A DNA stretch of 32,000 nt from Trichodesmium erythraeum IMS101 (GTDB taxonomy: Bacteria > Cyanobacteriota > Cyanobacteriia > Cyanobacteriales > Microcoleaceae). The first letter of the stretch is position 1. Each line of letters opens with the position of its first letter. Position numbers and translations under genes: made by a program. Positions 8,508 through 18,281 of the stretch are shown piece after piece. The stretch spans positions 5,160,001-5,192,000 of the forward strand of contig NC_008312.1 in NCBI RefSeq assembly GCF_000014265.1, given 5' to 3'. The notes below the pieces were generated by a model. The model searched no databases. It worked only from the letters and a program-made list of their open reading frames with translations, and was not told the origin of the DNA.

Positions 8508-8822
8508 TATGCTCCTAATTTCCGGCAAAATATTTAACTCTGTTGCTGGCTTTGTTTTTTCCAGTTAATTTTTAGTACTTGACCTACTTTCAACAATAGA
8601 AATCCCAAACTTTGATCAGTTTCTGCATAGTTAGCATTAAGTTAAATTGATTTTTTAGCAGAGGCGATCGCTTCATTTAACCCGCCAATTTTTTTTCATA
8701 AAAATACCTCATTTGTAATGACAAACTGTAAAATAGTGGTCTATCTACAAAGAAACTTCATAGTTAATTATCTGCTCCTAACTTTTATCTTTTTCCAGTT
8801 AATTTTTAGAAGTAATTTCTCC
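8508..8822 (-). pseudogene. scrambled, degenerate partial copies of the TPR-coding 3' part of the adjacent GT2-TPR gene
   Basis: 8575-8782 aligns to 8941-9148 at roughly 75-80% identity by eye. 8508-8547 aligns to 9186-9230. 8803-8822 is identical to 9480-9499. A 19-nt junction ttttccagttaatttttag occurs twice (8557-8575 and 8791-8809). No open frame is retained. Confidence 0.65.
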
Positions 8823-8830
8823 TTACACTT

Positions 8831-10021
8831 CTAAAACATAAAACCCATTGATTCTAAACCTTGCCTAATTCTTTTAGCTTCAATAGGGTTATATTTTTCA
8901 TGCAAACTAATAGCTTTCCCAAATGCTTCTAAACTTTCTGGTACTTGACCTACTTTCAACAATACAACTCCTAAATTTTGATAAGCTTCTGCATAGTTAG
9001 CATCAAGTTGAATTGCTTTTTGATAAGAGGCGATCGCTTCAGTAAACCAACCCATTTCTTTCAAAACCATACCCCTGTTGTAATGACCAACTGTAAAATT
9101 AGAGTCTATCTGCAAAGCAATTTCATAGTTAGTTTTTGCCTGCTCTAAATTTCCTTCTTCTTTCAACAAACTACCTAAATTATTGTATGCTCCTAGTTTC
9201 AACTTAGGCAAAATATTTAACTCTGTTGCTATTTGATAATGACGCTTTGCCATTTCTTTTTCTTGCTTTTGTCTATAGGCAATTCCTAAGTGGTAATGTA
9301 GCTCATACAAAACTGTTTTATCTACCTCCGAATCTTGCAAACCTCGAAACAATAATTCCATCGCTTTTTCTCTTTCATCAACTTCCAAATATAAAGCTCC
9401 CAATTTACTACAAACATAAGCATCATTAGGATAGTCTATAATAAAACTTTCCATCGCTGCCTTGGCTCTTTCGAGTTTATTTTTAGAAGTAATTTCTCCC
9501 TTTTGATAACCCTCATGTAAAATTGCTATTTCTGACAAAGAACCTATTTGCCAGTTAGATTCTTTTGCTAAAATCTCAGAAATACTATCATCAACTATGG
9601 CATGATAAGGTCGAGAAAATTTTATCCCAGGATGATTTCTAAAGAGACGAGAAACTAAAGAATATGGAGATTGTTGTGCTCCTATTTCTTCTCTAATTAA
9701 ATTAATTAAAATATAGCGATCGCTCTGAATAGCTTGTCTAATATGTGGAGCTATTTTTGGTGAGAGATATTCATCAGCATCTAATACTAAAACCCAGTCA
9801 CCTGTAACGTATTTCAAAGATTCATTTCTAGCTGCTGCAAAATCATTACACCATTCAAAATAATGTACTTTTGCACCAAATTCTTGAGCTATTTCTGGGG
9901 TTCGGTCCGTTGAACCCGTGTCCAAAACAACTATTTCATCTACTACATTTTTCACGCTTGCCAAACATCGTGGCAAATTTTTTTCCTCATTTTTAACAAT
10001 TATGCAAAAAGTTAAATTCAT
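8831..10021 (-). CDS. family 2 glycosyltransferase fused to C-terminal TPR repeats
   Basis: 396 aa. The N-terminus (FCIIVKNEEKNLPRCLASV...VLDTGSTDRT...LVLDADE) has the GT2 fold with a DxD motif. The C-terminal half has several 34-aa TPR units (AYNNLGSLLKEEGNLEQAKTNYEIALQIDSN, etc.). Confidence 0.85.
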   Translation of the reverse strand: MNLTFCIIVKNEEKNLPRCLASVKNVVDEIVVLDTGSTDRTPEIAQEFGAKVHYFEWCNDFAAARNESLKYVTGDWVLVLDADEYLSPKIAPHIRQAIQSDRYILINLIREEIGAQQSPYSLVSRLFRNHPGIKFSRPYHAIVDDSISEILAKESNWQIGSLSEIAILHEGYQKGEITSKNKLERAKAAMESFIIDYPNDAYVCSKLGALYLEVDEREKAMELLFRGLQDSEVDKTVLYELHYHLGIAYRQKQEKEMAKRHYQIATELNILPKLKLGAYNNLGSLLKEEGNLEQAKTNYEIALQIDSNFTVGHYNRGMVLKEMGWFTEAIASYQKAIQLDANYAEAYQNLGVVLLKVGQVPESLEAFGKAISLHEKYNPIEAKRIRQGLESMGFMF

Positions 10022-10026
10022 ATTCT

Positions 10027-10047
10027 AGCAATTAGCAATTAGCATTA
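10027..10047. repeat. heptanucleotide tract agcaatt agcaatt agcatta
   Basis: Direct reading. It lies 6-26 nt upstream of the GT2-TPR start codon, where an RBS would be expected. Confidence 0.6.
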
Positions 10048-10314
10048 AAATTATATCATTTTCCTTAGTATAAGTAATGAATAAAGGAATGCTTAAAGCT
10101 AGAGATAAAAACCCTATCTTAAGAGTAAGTAAAATGAGCTGTGTTATTACTTGAATTAGGGGAAACTTAAATCAGTATTAGCTTATAGCTATGGCTATAT
10201 AATTTAACTTATAAAAATTGCTAAAAATAGCCCCATTCTTAGCTTTTGAATGGAGTCTATTCAAAATATTTTCATCTGTTAATAAGTATCACTCATCATA
10301 GAATCTCATACTAA

Positions 10315-10887
10315 TTATTTGGATGGTATAATCACAGAATCGATAACATGAATTACACCATTACTGGCAAGTATATCTGGAATGATTACATTAGCGTCAT
10401 CCACTTTAACACCTGCATTGGAAACTTTAACGTCTATATCATCACCTTCAACAGTTTTTACCTTTCCACTTTCTAAGTCGCCAGATGTTACCTTACCAGG
10501 AACTACATGATAAGTTAGAATTTGGATTAGTTTGTCTTTATTTTCTGGACGTAATAAATCTTCTACTAATCCTGGTGGTAAAGCTGCAAATGCTTCATCA
10601 ATAGGTGCAAAGACTGTAAATGGACCTTCTCCTTGAAGCACACCTACTAAATCAGCAGCTTTTAGTGCTGCAGCTAAAGTATTGAATTTACCTGCTTCTA
10701 CTGCAGTTGATACAATATCTGATTCCGCGTAAGCAATAAGTGTAGGTTGATTAACTAATTGCTGATTAGCTAATGCGGGTAAACTATAAAAAGCGCTAGT
10801 AAAGATTAACCCTAAAGTAGCACAGATTAATCCTAATATCTTGACAGGCTTTTTGAAGAAGAGATTCAGAAGATTTTGGCCGTTCAT
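10315..10887 (-). CDS. secreted fasciclin (FAS1) domain protein
   Basis: 190 aa with an N-terminal hydrophobic signal-like segment. FAS1 motifs: [47 protein letters not shown]. Confidence 0.9.
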   Translation of the reverse strand: MNGQNLLNLFFKKPVKILGLICATLGLIFTSAFYSLPALANQQLVNQPTLIAYAESDIVSTAVEAGKFNTLAAALKAADLVGVLQGEGPFTVFAPIDEAFAALPPGLVEDLLRPENKDKLIQILTYHVVPGKVTSGDLESGKVKTVEGDDIDVKVSNAGVKVDDANVIIPDILASNGVIHVIDSVIIPSK

Positions 10888-11617
10888 ACTTTTATTATTT
10901 TGTTAGATGTTCTATTAATAAATAATAGTACAAAAATATGATTTAAACAATATTTAGATAACGGTAATCATTAGTATTAATAATATCTAAAAAAAACAAA
11001 ACTTATATACCATATATAGTTGTTGAAAAACTATAACAGTATCTTTTTTTTGTTAAGACAAACATAAGTATTTAGAGGCAATAGAAAAATTTCCTAACCT
11101 TACTGAGTAGAGCTATAAACTGATATTAAAAAATTTTAAAATAGTCAATAATTATAGCACTATTTATTTTGATTAGGACAATAAACTTGGGGTTTTAAGT
11201 TGACACAAAATTCTAGAAAATTGACAGAAGAATTTTCTAATATATTTGGGTATTATTTCTATCCCTAATAAAACAATTTTTTAGGATTAATGATAGCTAA
11301 TTAGAAGTAAAATAAAGTACAAATAAATCTCTAGTTAATGAGAATGAAAACTGTAATTATATTACTCCAAATATTCTGAATTACTTCGGGTTATCAATTA
11401 CCCAAAGTAAAGCTAGCAAGTAAGAAAAAAAGAATTAATTCTCCTAAAACTTGCTACCTAAACATTTATTCCATAAGTAGATAGGCGTTAAAATTTGTCC
11501 ATATATAACAAAATATAAATTTGCCTCTAATCAAATGTCAGTCCTAGCTTAGAGTTAGTTTACAAAACTTAACTATATTAAGTCTTTTTATGGACACTTA
11601 TTTATAAACCTTAAAAC

Positions 11618-12202
11618 TTAATTATTAGGTGGTATTATAACTGTATCAATTACGTGAATTACACCATTACTTGCAGGTACGTCTGCTTTGATCACTTTAG
11701 CATCATCAACCTTCACCCCTGTACCAGAAATTTTCACGTTTACTTTACTACCTTCAACAGTTTTTACCATTCCAGGCTCTAAGTTACTAGACATTAACTT
11801 ACCTCCAACTACATGATAAGTTAGAATTTTGATTAGTTGGTCTTTGTTTTCTGGCATTAGTAACTTTTCTACTGTTCCTTTTGGTAGAGCTGCAAATGCT
11901 TCATCAGTAGGTGCAAATACTGTAAATGGACCTTTTCCTTGAAGTACTTCTACTAAACCAGCAGCTTTTAGTGCTGCAGCTAAAGTATTGAATTGTCCTG
12001 CTTCTACTGCAGTTGTCACAATATCCTTAGATTTAGAATGAGAGTGAGAGCCGGCAACTTGTAACGGTTGGTTAACTACTCCCTGTTTAGAAGATTTTTG
12101 AAGGCAGTTTGCTACTGCAGGTAGACTGAAGCTAGCACTAACTCCTATTAGTCCTAAGATAGCCGCCTTTTTAATGACAGTTAAACCGTTTTGACTCTTC
12201 AT
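11618..12202 (-). CDS. secreted fasciclin (FAS1) domain protein, paralog of 10315-10887
   Basis: 194 aa with the same FAS1 motifs and high identity to the neighbouring copy across the FAS1 domain. It has an extra Ser/His-rich linker ([11 protein letters not shown]) after the signal region. Confidence 0.9.
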   Translation of the reverse strand: MKSQNGLTVIKKAAILGLIGVSASFSLPAVANCLQKSSKQGVVNQPLQVAGSHSHSKSKDIVTTAVEAGQFNTLAAALKAAGLVEVLQGKGPFTVFAPTDEAFAALPKGTVEKLLMPENKDQLIKILTYHVVGGKLMSSNLEPGMVKTVEGSKVNVKISGTGVKVDDAKVIKADVPASNGVIHVIDTVIIPPNN

Positions 12203-12669
12203 TATTAAGTTTCCTGTTTTTTTATTAACTATTGTAAAGTTACTAACAGTATTTTAACAAAGTTTTGATAACTGTCAATATAGTTAAAAATCAAAAAAAA
12301 TTTTTTGATTTTTAATTACTTCAAGGAATATGAACATTTGGAGATATAGGACTAAGAGTAAACGATGAATTCTATAGTATTTCCATTTGAGATGTAAATC
12401 TACATTCAGGTTGTTTAGGAGAAAAAAAGTGCTGAAGGCAAAAACTCTATGTCTTTGTGTTTACAACTATTTAATCCTGTTTCCCCTTCTTTAAGGTTGT
12501 CCGTTACCTCAAAGCTTTTCCCTTTTTAATAACACTCCGTTTTCAGATCTAACCTTCTTGCTAGCTCTAGCTAAGTTAATATTAGTTATTCTTCTGTTCA
12601 CTCGGGTAAGGGGAAAAAAATCTGAAAGTATTTATAAATAAACACTTTAGCCTTTTGTAAATGTTTAAA

Positions 12670-12690
12670 CCTAACACCTAAAACCTAAAA
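12670..12690. repeat. heptanucleotide tract cctaaca cctaaaa cctaaaa
   Basis: Direct reading. Confidence 0.55.
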
Positions 12691-13186
12691 TCTCTCACGG
12701 GGTGACAAGCCAGTTGGAAGATAGAATAGATATATCAAAAAATTTACAGGTTAAGCTGAATAATAATTTAAGTCAAACTGCTGTAAGTAAATTAATATTA
12801 TAAATTAATATCACTTTTTAGCCCTATTTGCACCACATTGATATCTACTATTTTTGTTCCTGAATAGTAGTTATTATTTGATTTTTAAATGTATAGTTTT
12901 TATTTTTTTCCAGAATAATATTTTTTTTGCTTGTTATCGTTATCTAGCCTATTTCTATTTTTTTTGTGCTATCTAAAATTAATTCTTATTTTGTTAAAAA
13001 TTCTTGTATCCATAAATATTGATCTTCTTTTTCTTTTTCTCATAATTACTCTAATCAACTTAGTGGCAATAATTATCTCAGTATATCTACAAAAAAATGA
13101 AAGACATTGTTAGCAGTATATTCACTTACTTCAAAGTTAATTTCTATTCTTTGACTTGATTTTAAACCTAAAATAAAATAGTACTG

Positions 13187-14044
13187 CTATTTGAAAGGTG
13201 GTAACTCTAAAGATATTTTCCCCAAAAAACCCTTACGAAAATCATCCAAAATTCGTCTTGAAGTCCGTTCAACATCTCCTTGATAAATTTGATTTGCTAA
13301 CTCATGCAAATAACTCTCACCCGTATAATTATGAGCTTCTAATTGATAACGATATTTCAAACAAGAAGTAGATACAAAACCATTACTATCAGTTTCCAAA
13401 AAAGTTAAAAAATCAATCATACTAGCAGCAACTTGCTGATTATCATAAGCCGCATCCCCGATATCCTCACAAATTGCCAACTTAATTGCATCCTCCCTAT
13501 TTTTAATTTGACTAGGAATTACACCAGGAGCATCTAACAATTCAATCTCATCAGAAATGCGTACCCATCTTAATTGCTTAGTAACACCAGGACGCCTAGC
13601 ACTTTCAACAACCTTTCTCTTTAACAGTCTATTAATTAGAGCCGACTTTCCCACATTAGGAAAACCAATTACCACAGCACGTACAGGCCGAGGTAACATT
13701 CCGCGATCGCGCCGTCTAAGATTAACAGCACGACCAGCCTCCCGTACTGCCTTGGCCAAATTCTTCACTCCATCGCCCAACTGAGCATTAGTAAAATAAG
13801 GCATTTCCCCATTAGCTTCAAACCATTCAGTCCAAATTTTCATAACTTCTGAGGAAATCATATCTATACGGTTAATGACTAAAACTTGTGCCTTACTCCC
13901 TACCCATTCAGAAACCTGGGGGTGGCGAGTAGCAAGTGGAATACGGGCATCTCGAACTTCTAAAACCACATCAACCCGTTTCAGTTGTTCTTTAAGATTT
14001 CGTTCAGCCTTAGCAATATGGCCTGGATACCATTGAATAGTCAT
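13187..14044 (-). CDS. rbgA: ribosome biogenesis GTPase A (YlqF/RbgA, circularly permuted GTPase)
   Basis: 285 aa starting MTIQWYPGHIAKAERNLKEQLKRVDVVLEVRDARIPL. The G4-like element NRID precedes G1 (GFPNVGKS) and G3 (DAPG), the permuted order typical of the family. Confidence 0.9.
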   Translation of the reverse strand: MTIQWYPGHIAKAERNLKEQLKRVDVVLEVRDARIPLATRHPQVSEWVGSKAQVLVINRIDMISSEVMKIWTEWFEANGEMPYFTNAQLGDGVKNLAKAVREAGRAVNLRRRDRGMLPRPVRAVVIGFPNVGKSALINRLLKRKVVESARRPGVTKQLRWVRISDEIELLDAPGVIPSQIKNREDAIKLAICEDIGDAAYDNQQVAASMIDFLTFLETDSNGFVSTSCLKYRYQLEAHNYTGESYLHELANQIYQGDVERTSRRILDDFRKGFLGKISLELPPFK

Positions 14045-14319
14045 GAGGGAAAATTAAAATTGGTGAAAATCAAAATTTAAGAGAGCTAATAAAGTAAGTG
14101 GTGGGGGCAAAATGCTCCCCATAGTGAGGAAGACCTAATGGTTATTAATATAGCAGTTGCCAGGACAGTTAAGAAATTATCATCACTCCCAAATATAGTT
14201 TCTGCTGGGAACTTAATATCTAATTCTGACTTTTGACTATTGTGCTATAGCATCTTCCTCGGTTTTATGAAGAAAACCGTCAGTTGATCAACACTTCATT
14301 AATTAATTAGTACAAATAA

Positions 14320-14736
14320 CTAAGGCACAACTAAAATAGGACAAGGAGAAAGATTAATAATTCGGTTACTAATACTATCATTATTCCCTCCATCACTTAA
14401 ACCAGTACCTCGACAACCAATAACAATTAAATCAGCTTCAATTTCATCAGCTACATCACAGATAGTAAAAGCCGGATGACCTTCTTTTTGGAGAGTTTCG
14501 GGCTCAATACCTTGCTGGGTAAATATAGATTTGGTCTCCTCTAATAGTTGATTAACTGTTTCTGAGGAAGTCATTTCTGGGTGAAATGGCTTTTGGCCTT
14601 CCGAAACAACTTCTACCACTGATACTAACACCAAGCGAGACTGATATGTTTTGACTATATTTATCACTTTATCCCCAGCCTCACGAGCCTCTCGACTAAG
14701 GTCCACAGGAAAAAGAACTGTTTTAAACATAAGCAA
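14320..14736 (-). CDS. universal stress protein (UspA family)
   Basis: 138 aa with FKTVLFPVDLS at the N-terminus and the C-terminal motif LIVIGCRGTG...SNRIINLSPCPILVV characteristic of the Usp ATP-binding fold. Confidence 0.85.
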   Translation of the reverse strand: MLMFKTVLFPVDLSREAREAGDKVINIVKTYQSRLVLVSVVEVVSEGQKPFHPEMTSSETVNQLLEETKSIFTQQGIEPETLQKEGHPAFTICDVADEIEADLIVIGCRGTGLSDGGNNDSISNRIINLSPCPILVVP

Positions 14737-15032
14737 TGTATTTGGGTTTTTAACTATTATCTATAAATCTAGTATTGTCCATAATAATCTTCAATTATCT
14801 ATTATTCTGGCAGCTTGTGGACTGGATAACACCCACCTTAATAGAGATGAAACAGTGACAGAAATTGGCCAAAAATCAAATAATAATTTTTTTAGATTTC
14901 TAAGAATGACACGGACTCCGATAAAATGTTTACCGTGAACGAATACTTTCATCTAATTTTATCTGTTTATGGACTAATAATCTGGCCATAGATGGACATA
15001 TATTTTAAGATAAATACTAGGAGATTAATTCT

Positions 15033-16229
15033 GTGACAAAAAAAACTGTAGCAAGTTTATCAAAATCTGACTTATCTGGCAAAAAGGTACTTATGCGGGC
15101 TGATTTTAATGTACCTGTTGATAATGGTAGTATTACAGACGATACTAGAATTCGGGCAGCTCTTCCCACAATTCAAGATTTAACTGAGAAAGGTGCAAAA
15201 GTTATCTTGACTAGTCATTTTGGACGGCCAAAGGGAAAGGTTAATGAAAAGATGCGTCTGACTCTTGTGGGGGAGAGACTCTCTGAAGTATTGGGTAAAG
15301 AAGTTAAAAAGTGTGACGACTGCATTGGTGATGAAGTAACTTCTACTGTGGCGGAAATGAAAGATGGTGATGTAGTTTTGCTAGAAAATGTTCGCTTCTA
15401 CTCTGGAGAGGAGGGGAATGATCCAGAGTTTGCCAAACAACTTGCTTCTGTGGCAGATTTATATGTGAATGATGCTTTTGGAACTGCTCATCGTGCTCAT
15501 GCTTCGACTGAGGGCGTGACTAAATATTTGAGTCCTTCTGTTGCTGGTTATTTAATTGAACAGGAACTAAAATTCCTCCAAGGTGCAATTGATAGTCCTC
15601 AAAAACCTTTAGCTGCAATTATTGGTGGTTCTAAGGTTTCTAGTAAAATTGGTGTAATAGAAGCTTTGTTGGATAAGTGTGATAAGTTGCTCTTGGGTGG
15701 TGGTATGATTTTCACTTTCTACAAAGCTCGTGGTTTAAGTGTGGGTAAGTCTCTGGTTGAGGAAGATAAGATAGAATTGGCAAAGTCTTTGGAAGCTAAG
15801 GCAAAAGAGAAAGGTGTAACAATGTTGTTACCTACTGATGTGGTTGTAGCTGATAAGTTTGACCCAGAGGCGAATACTCAAACTGTTAGTATTGAAGCTA
15901 TTCCGGATGGTTGGATGGGTTTGGATATCGGACCTGAGTCTGCAAAGGTTTTTCAAGATGCTTTAGCAGACTGTAAAACTGTAATTTGGAATGGTCCGAT
16001 GGGGGTATTTGAGATGGAGAAATTTGCTAAAGGTACTGAAGCGATCGCTCAGACTCTTGCTGATAAGCAGGATGCTATTACTATTATTGGTGGTGGTGAC
16101 TCTGTTGCTGCGGTGGAGCAGTTAGGTTTGGGTGAAAAAATGAGTCACATTTCTACTGGTGGTGGTGCTAGTTTGGAATTGTTGGAAGGTAAGAAGTTAC
16201 CTGGTATTGTTGCTTTAGATGATCAATAA
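15033..16229 (+). CDS. pgk: phosphoglycerate kinase
   Basis: 398 aa with [22 protein letters not shown] and STGGGASLE motifs. GTG start at 15033 with AGGAG 10-14 nt upstream. Confidence 0.97.
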   Translation: MTKKTVASLSKSDLSGKKVLMRADFNVPVDNGSITDDTRIRAALPTIQDLTEKGAKVILTSHFGRPKGKVNEKMRLTLVGERLSEVLGKEVKKCDDCIGDEVTSTVAEMKDGDVVLLENVRFYSGEEGNDPEFAKQLASVADLYVNDAFGTAHRAHASTEGVTKYLSPSVAGYLIEQELKFLQGAIDSPQKPLAAIIGGSKVSSKIGVIEALLDKCDKLLLGGGMIFTFYKARGLSVGKSLVEEDKIELAKSLEAKAKEKGVTMLLPTDVVVADKFDPEANTQTVSIEAIPDGWMGLDIGPESAKVFQDALADCKTVIWNGPMGVFEMEKFAKGTEAIAQTLADKQDAITIIGGGDSVAAVEQLGLGEKMSHISTGGGASLELLEGKKLPGIVALDDQ

Positions 16230-16258
16230 AATATAAGTTAACTTAGGTAAGTGCTAGT

Positions 16259-16292
16259 TGCTTCTCTATTTTGGCTATCGAATAGGGAAGCA
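16259..16292 (+). terminator. hairpin downstream of pgk
   Basis: tgcttctctatt (16259-16270) pairs with aatagggaagca (16281-16292), 12 bp with one mismatch and a 10-nt loop, 30 nt after the pgk stop. It is followed by ...agttttt rather than an immediate U-tract. Confidence 0.45.
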
Positions 16293-16586
16293 CTCATAAT
16301 AGTTTTTACTTCACGGGTCAAGATTTTTTCTCTCTCCCTTTTCTCTTTCTTTACTTATTCAGCCAGCATTTTTGGAATGCTCTCTGGTGTTTTGGGTGCA
16401 ATTGAGTTTTAAAATCTAGTGACATAACAGAAATAATGGGAAATTATAGAAACTATACTAAACTATAAACAATAGTTATAAATTTTTGTACTAACCTCAG
16501 TGACTGGACATAAGTCAAGTGCCAATACAGCAATTTTCTTTCTATGTACTTTCGGAAATTAGAAGATAAAATTTCTCAATAAAAAC

Positions 16587-16615
16587 TTGAAAAATATATT
16601 GAATTGTGATATAAT
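16587..16615 (+). promoter_or_regulatory. candidate sigma70-type promoter upstream of futA/idiA
   Basis: TTGAAA (16587-16592), 17-nt spacer, then TGaTATAAT extended -10 (16607-16615). Such matches are not rare in AT-rich DNA. It would imply a leader of about 245 nt. Confidence 0.3.
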
Positions 16616-16865
16616 AAAAATTTAGGGTTAAATTCAGTTAGTAGCATTTACATAATTTATCACTTGTGAAAGTCACTATTTTCTAGAGAGAATTAGTTAA
16701 AATCATCATAGGCTTTCAATAGTAGAACTGAATTTTCTATAAATTAATTCTAAAAAAGGATTAAATTTATTAAGAATAAATTGCAATATAATTAAAATTG
16801 CCCAAGTAGTATGAGGTAATTACTTATACCTACTTACCAAAAATAGCTTAAGGGGAAAATGGAAA

Positions 16866-17915
16866 ATGACAATTACTAGACGAGTATTTCTAGGAACAGG
16901 GACAGCAATAGCAACAGTGGCGATCGCTGAACTGGGAAAAAGCAATCGAGGATTAGCTCAAAGCGGTGCAATTAATCTCTATTCTTCTCGCCACTACGAT
17001 ACTGACCAAGCTCTTTACGACAGTTTTACTAAAAAAACTGGTTTGAAAGTTAATTTAATTGAAGGTAAAGGAGATAAGTTAATCGAACGAATTAAAAGTG
17101 AGGGAGCTAATAGTCCAGCAGATGTGTTTATGACAGTTGATGCAGGTCGTCTGTGGCGTGCTCAAGAAGCTGGAATTTTGCAACCTATTTCTTCCTCTAC
17201 TCTTAATAATAAAATTCCAGCTAACCTCCGCAGCCCGGAAAAATTATGGTTTGGTTTCTCCAAACGGGCGAGGGTAATTATGTATAATAAAAATAAGGTT
17301 CAACCTTCTGAGCTATCAACTTATGAAGATTTAGCTCAAAACAAATGGAAAGGGAAAATTGTAATCCGCTCTTCTAGCAATATTTACAACCAATCTCTAA
17401 TAGCATCTTTAATCGAAATTCACGGAATGTCAGATGCCGAAGGTTGGGCAAAAGGTTTTGTTCGTAACTTTGCCAGACCTCCAGAAGGAAATGATACTGC
17501 TCAAATAAAGGCTGTTGCGGCTGGCATTGGTGATATTGGTCTTGCCAATAGCTACTACTTAGCGCGTTTGAAAAGATCTTCTAAACCAGAAGATCAAGCA
17601 GTTGCAGACAAAGTTGGTATGTTTTTCCCAAACCAAAATGGGCGTGGTACCCATGTTAATATTAGTGGTGGTGGTGTAGTTAAAAATGCTCCAAATAAAG
17701 AAGGTGCTATTAAGTTTCTTGAATATTTAGTCAGTCCAGAAGCTCAAAAAATCTTCTCTGAGGGTAATAACGAATATCCTGTAGTTGCAGGTGTACCTAT
17801 TGCTAGCGTTTTGAAACCCTTTGGTAGTTTCAAAAATGATTCTACCAATGTTTCTGTTTATGGTAAGTTGAATGCTGACGCGATTAAATTAATGGATCGT
17901 GTAGGCTGGAAGTAA
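16866..17915 (+). CDS. futA: periplasmic Fe(III)-binding protein of an ABC iron transporter (FutA/IdiA/AfuA family)
   Basis: 349 aa with N-terminal signal MTITRRVFLGTGTAIATVAIA, then INLYSSRHYDTDQALYDSFTKKTGLKVN and GLANSYYLAR typical of FutA/IdiA. AAGGGGA lies 10 nt upstream of the ATG. Confidence 0.9.
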   Translation: MTITRRVFLGTGTAIATVAIAELGKSNRGLAQSGAINLYSSRHYDTDQALYDSFTKKTGLKVNLIEGKGDKLIERIKSEGANSPADVFMTVDAGRLWRAQEAGILQPISSSTLNNKIPANLRSPEKLWFGFSKRARVIMYNKNKVQPSELSTYEDLAQNKWKGKIVIRSSSNIYNQSLIASLIEIHGMSDAEGWAKGFVRNFARPPEGNDTAQIKAVAAGIGDIGLANSYYLARLKRSSKPEDQAVADKVGMFFPNQNGRGTHVNISGGGVVKNAPNKEGAIKFLEYLVSPEAQKIFSEGNNEYPVVAGVPIASVLKPFGSFKNDSTNVSVYGKLNADAIKLMDRVGWK

Positions 17916-18180
17916 ATAAACTTTGTGGGTTTGGAGGCTAAACTCCCACCCATATAAAAAATCCTAATTTCGACTAGCTAAAACTATAGCTATGGGTGTT
18001 GTTATGGATGGATTAGATTTATACTTCATGATTCTTTCCTATTGATAACAGTAAGAAAATGGCGGGCAGCATGAAGTATTCATACTACTTCAATACAGTT
18101 ATCTTGGGTGAGATAAAAATTAAGTGTTTGTTAAACCCCTTGACTGCCCGCTTCCAGAAAATAGCTAAACTAGCATTTTG

Positions 18181-18281
18181 GGCATTGGTGAGTTGAGCTA
18201 TGAACGATAAGGAACAGGAATATCTTTCCAATAAAGATAATGAATAAGTAAACGAACAGAATACTTCAACATTTCCACCGA
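18181..18281. mobile_element. partial, internally deleted extra copy of one end of the adjacent IS1-like element
   Basis: ggcattggtgagttgagctatga...ataaggaacaggaatatc...aatgaataagtaaacgaa parallels 18301-18400 (ggcgttggtgaattaaggtatga...ataaggaactagaacatc...aatgaatcagtaagtgaa). Confidence 0.45.

Noticed and set aside
9226-9429. Plus-strand ORF antisense to the GT2-TPR gene
   Set aside because: A shadow ORF with a low-complexity translation.
8508-9499. Diversity-generating retroelement (template/variable repeat pair) as the explanation for the duplicated TPR segment
   Set aside because: Differences between the copies involve all base types and indels, not adenine-specific changes. The copy is rearranged, and no reverse transcriptase gene or YxDD motif is seen in the window.
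12931-13113. 60-aa plus-strand ORF (MLSLSSLFLFFLCYLKLILILL...)
   Set aside because: Extreme Leu/Ile/Phe composition from T-rich DNA, no RBS and no homolog-like motifs. It is most likely a chance ORF.
13557-13784. Plus-strand ORF antisense to rbgA
   Set aside because: A shadow ORF. Its Arg/Thr-rich translation is typical of the reverse frame.
14651-14938. Plus-strand ORF overlapping the usp start region
   Set aside because: It overlaps the Usp gene in antisense and runs into the pgk promoter region. No motifs are present.
17921-17950. Terminator hairpin after futA (gtggg...cccac)
   Set aside because: The pairing is short and irregular, and it is followed by an A-run rather than a T-run on the coding strand.
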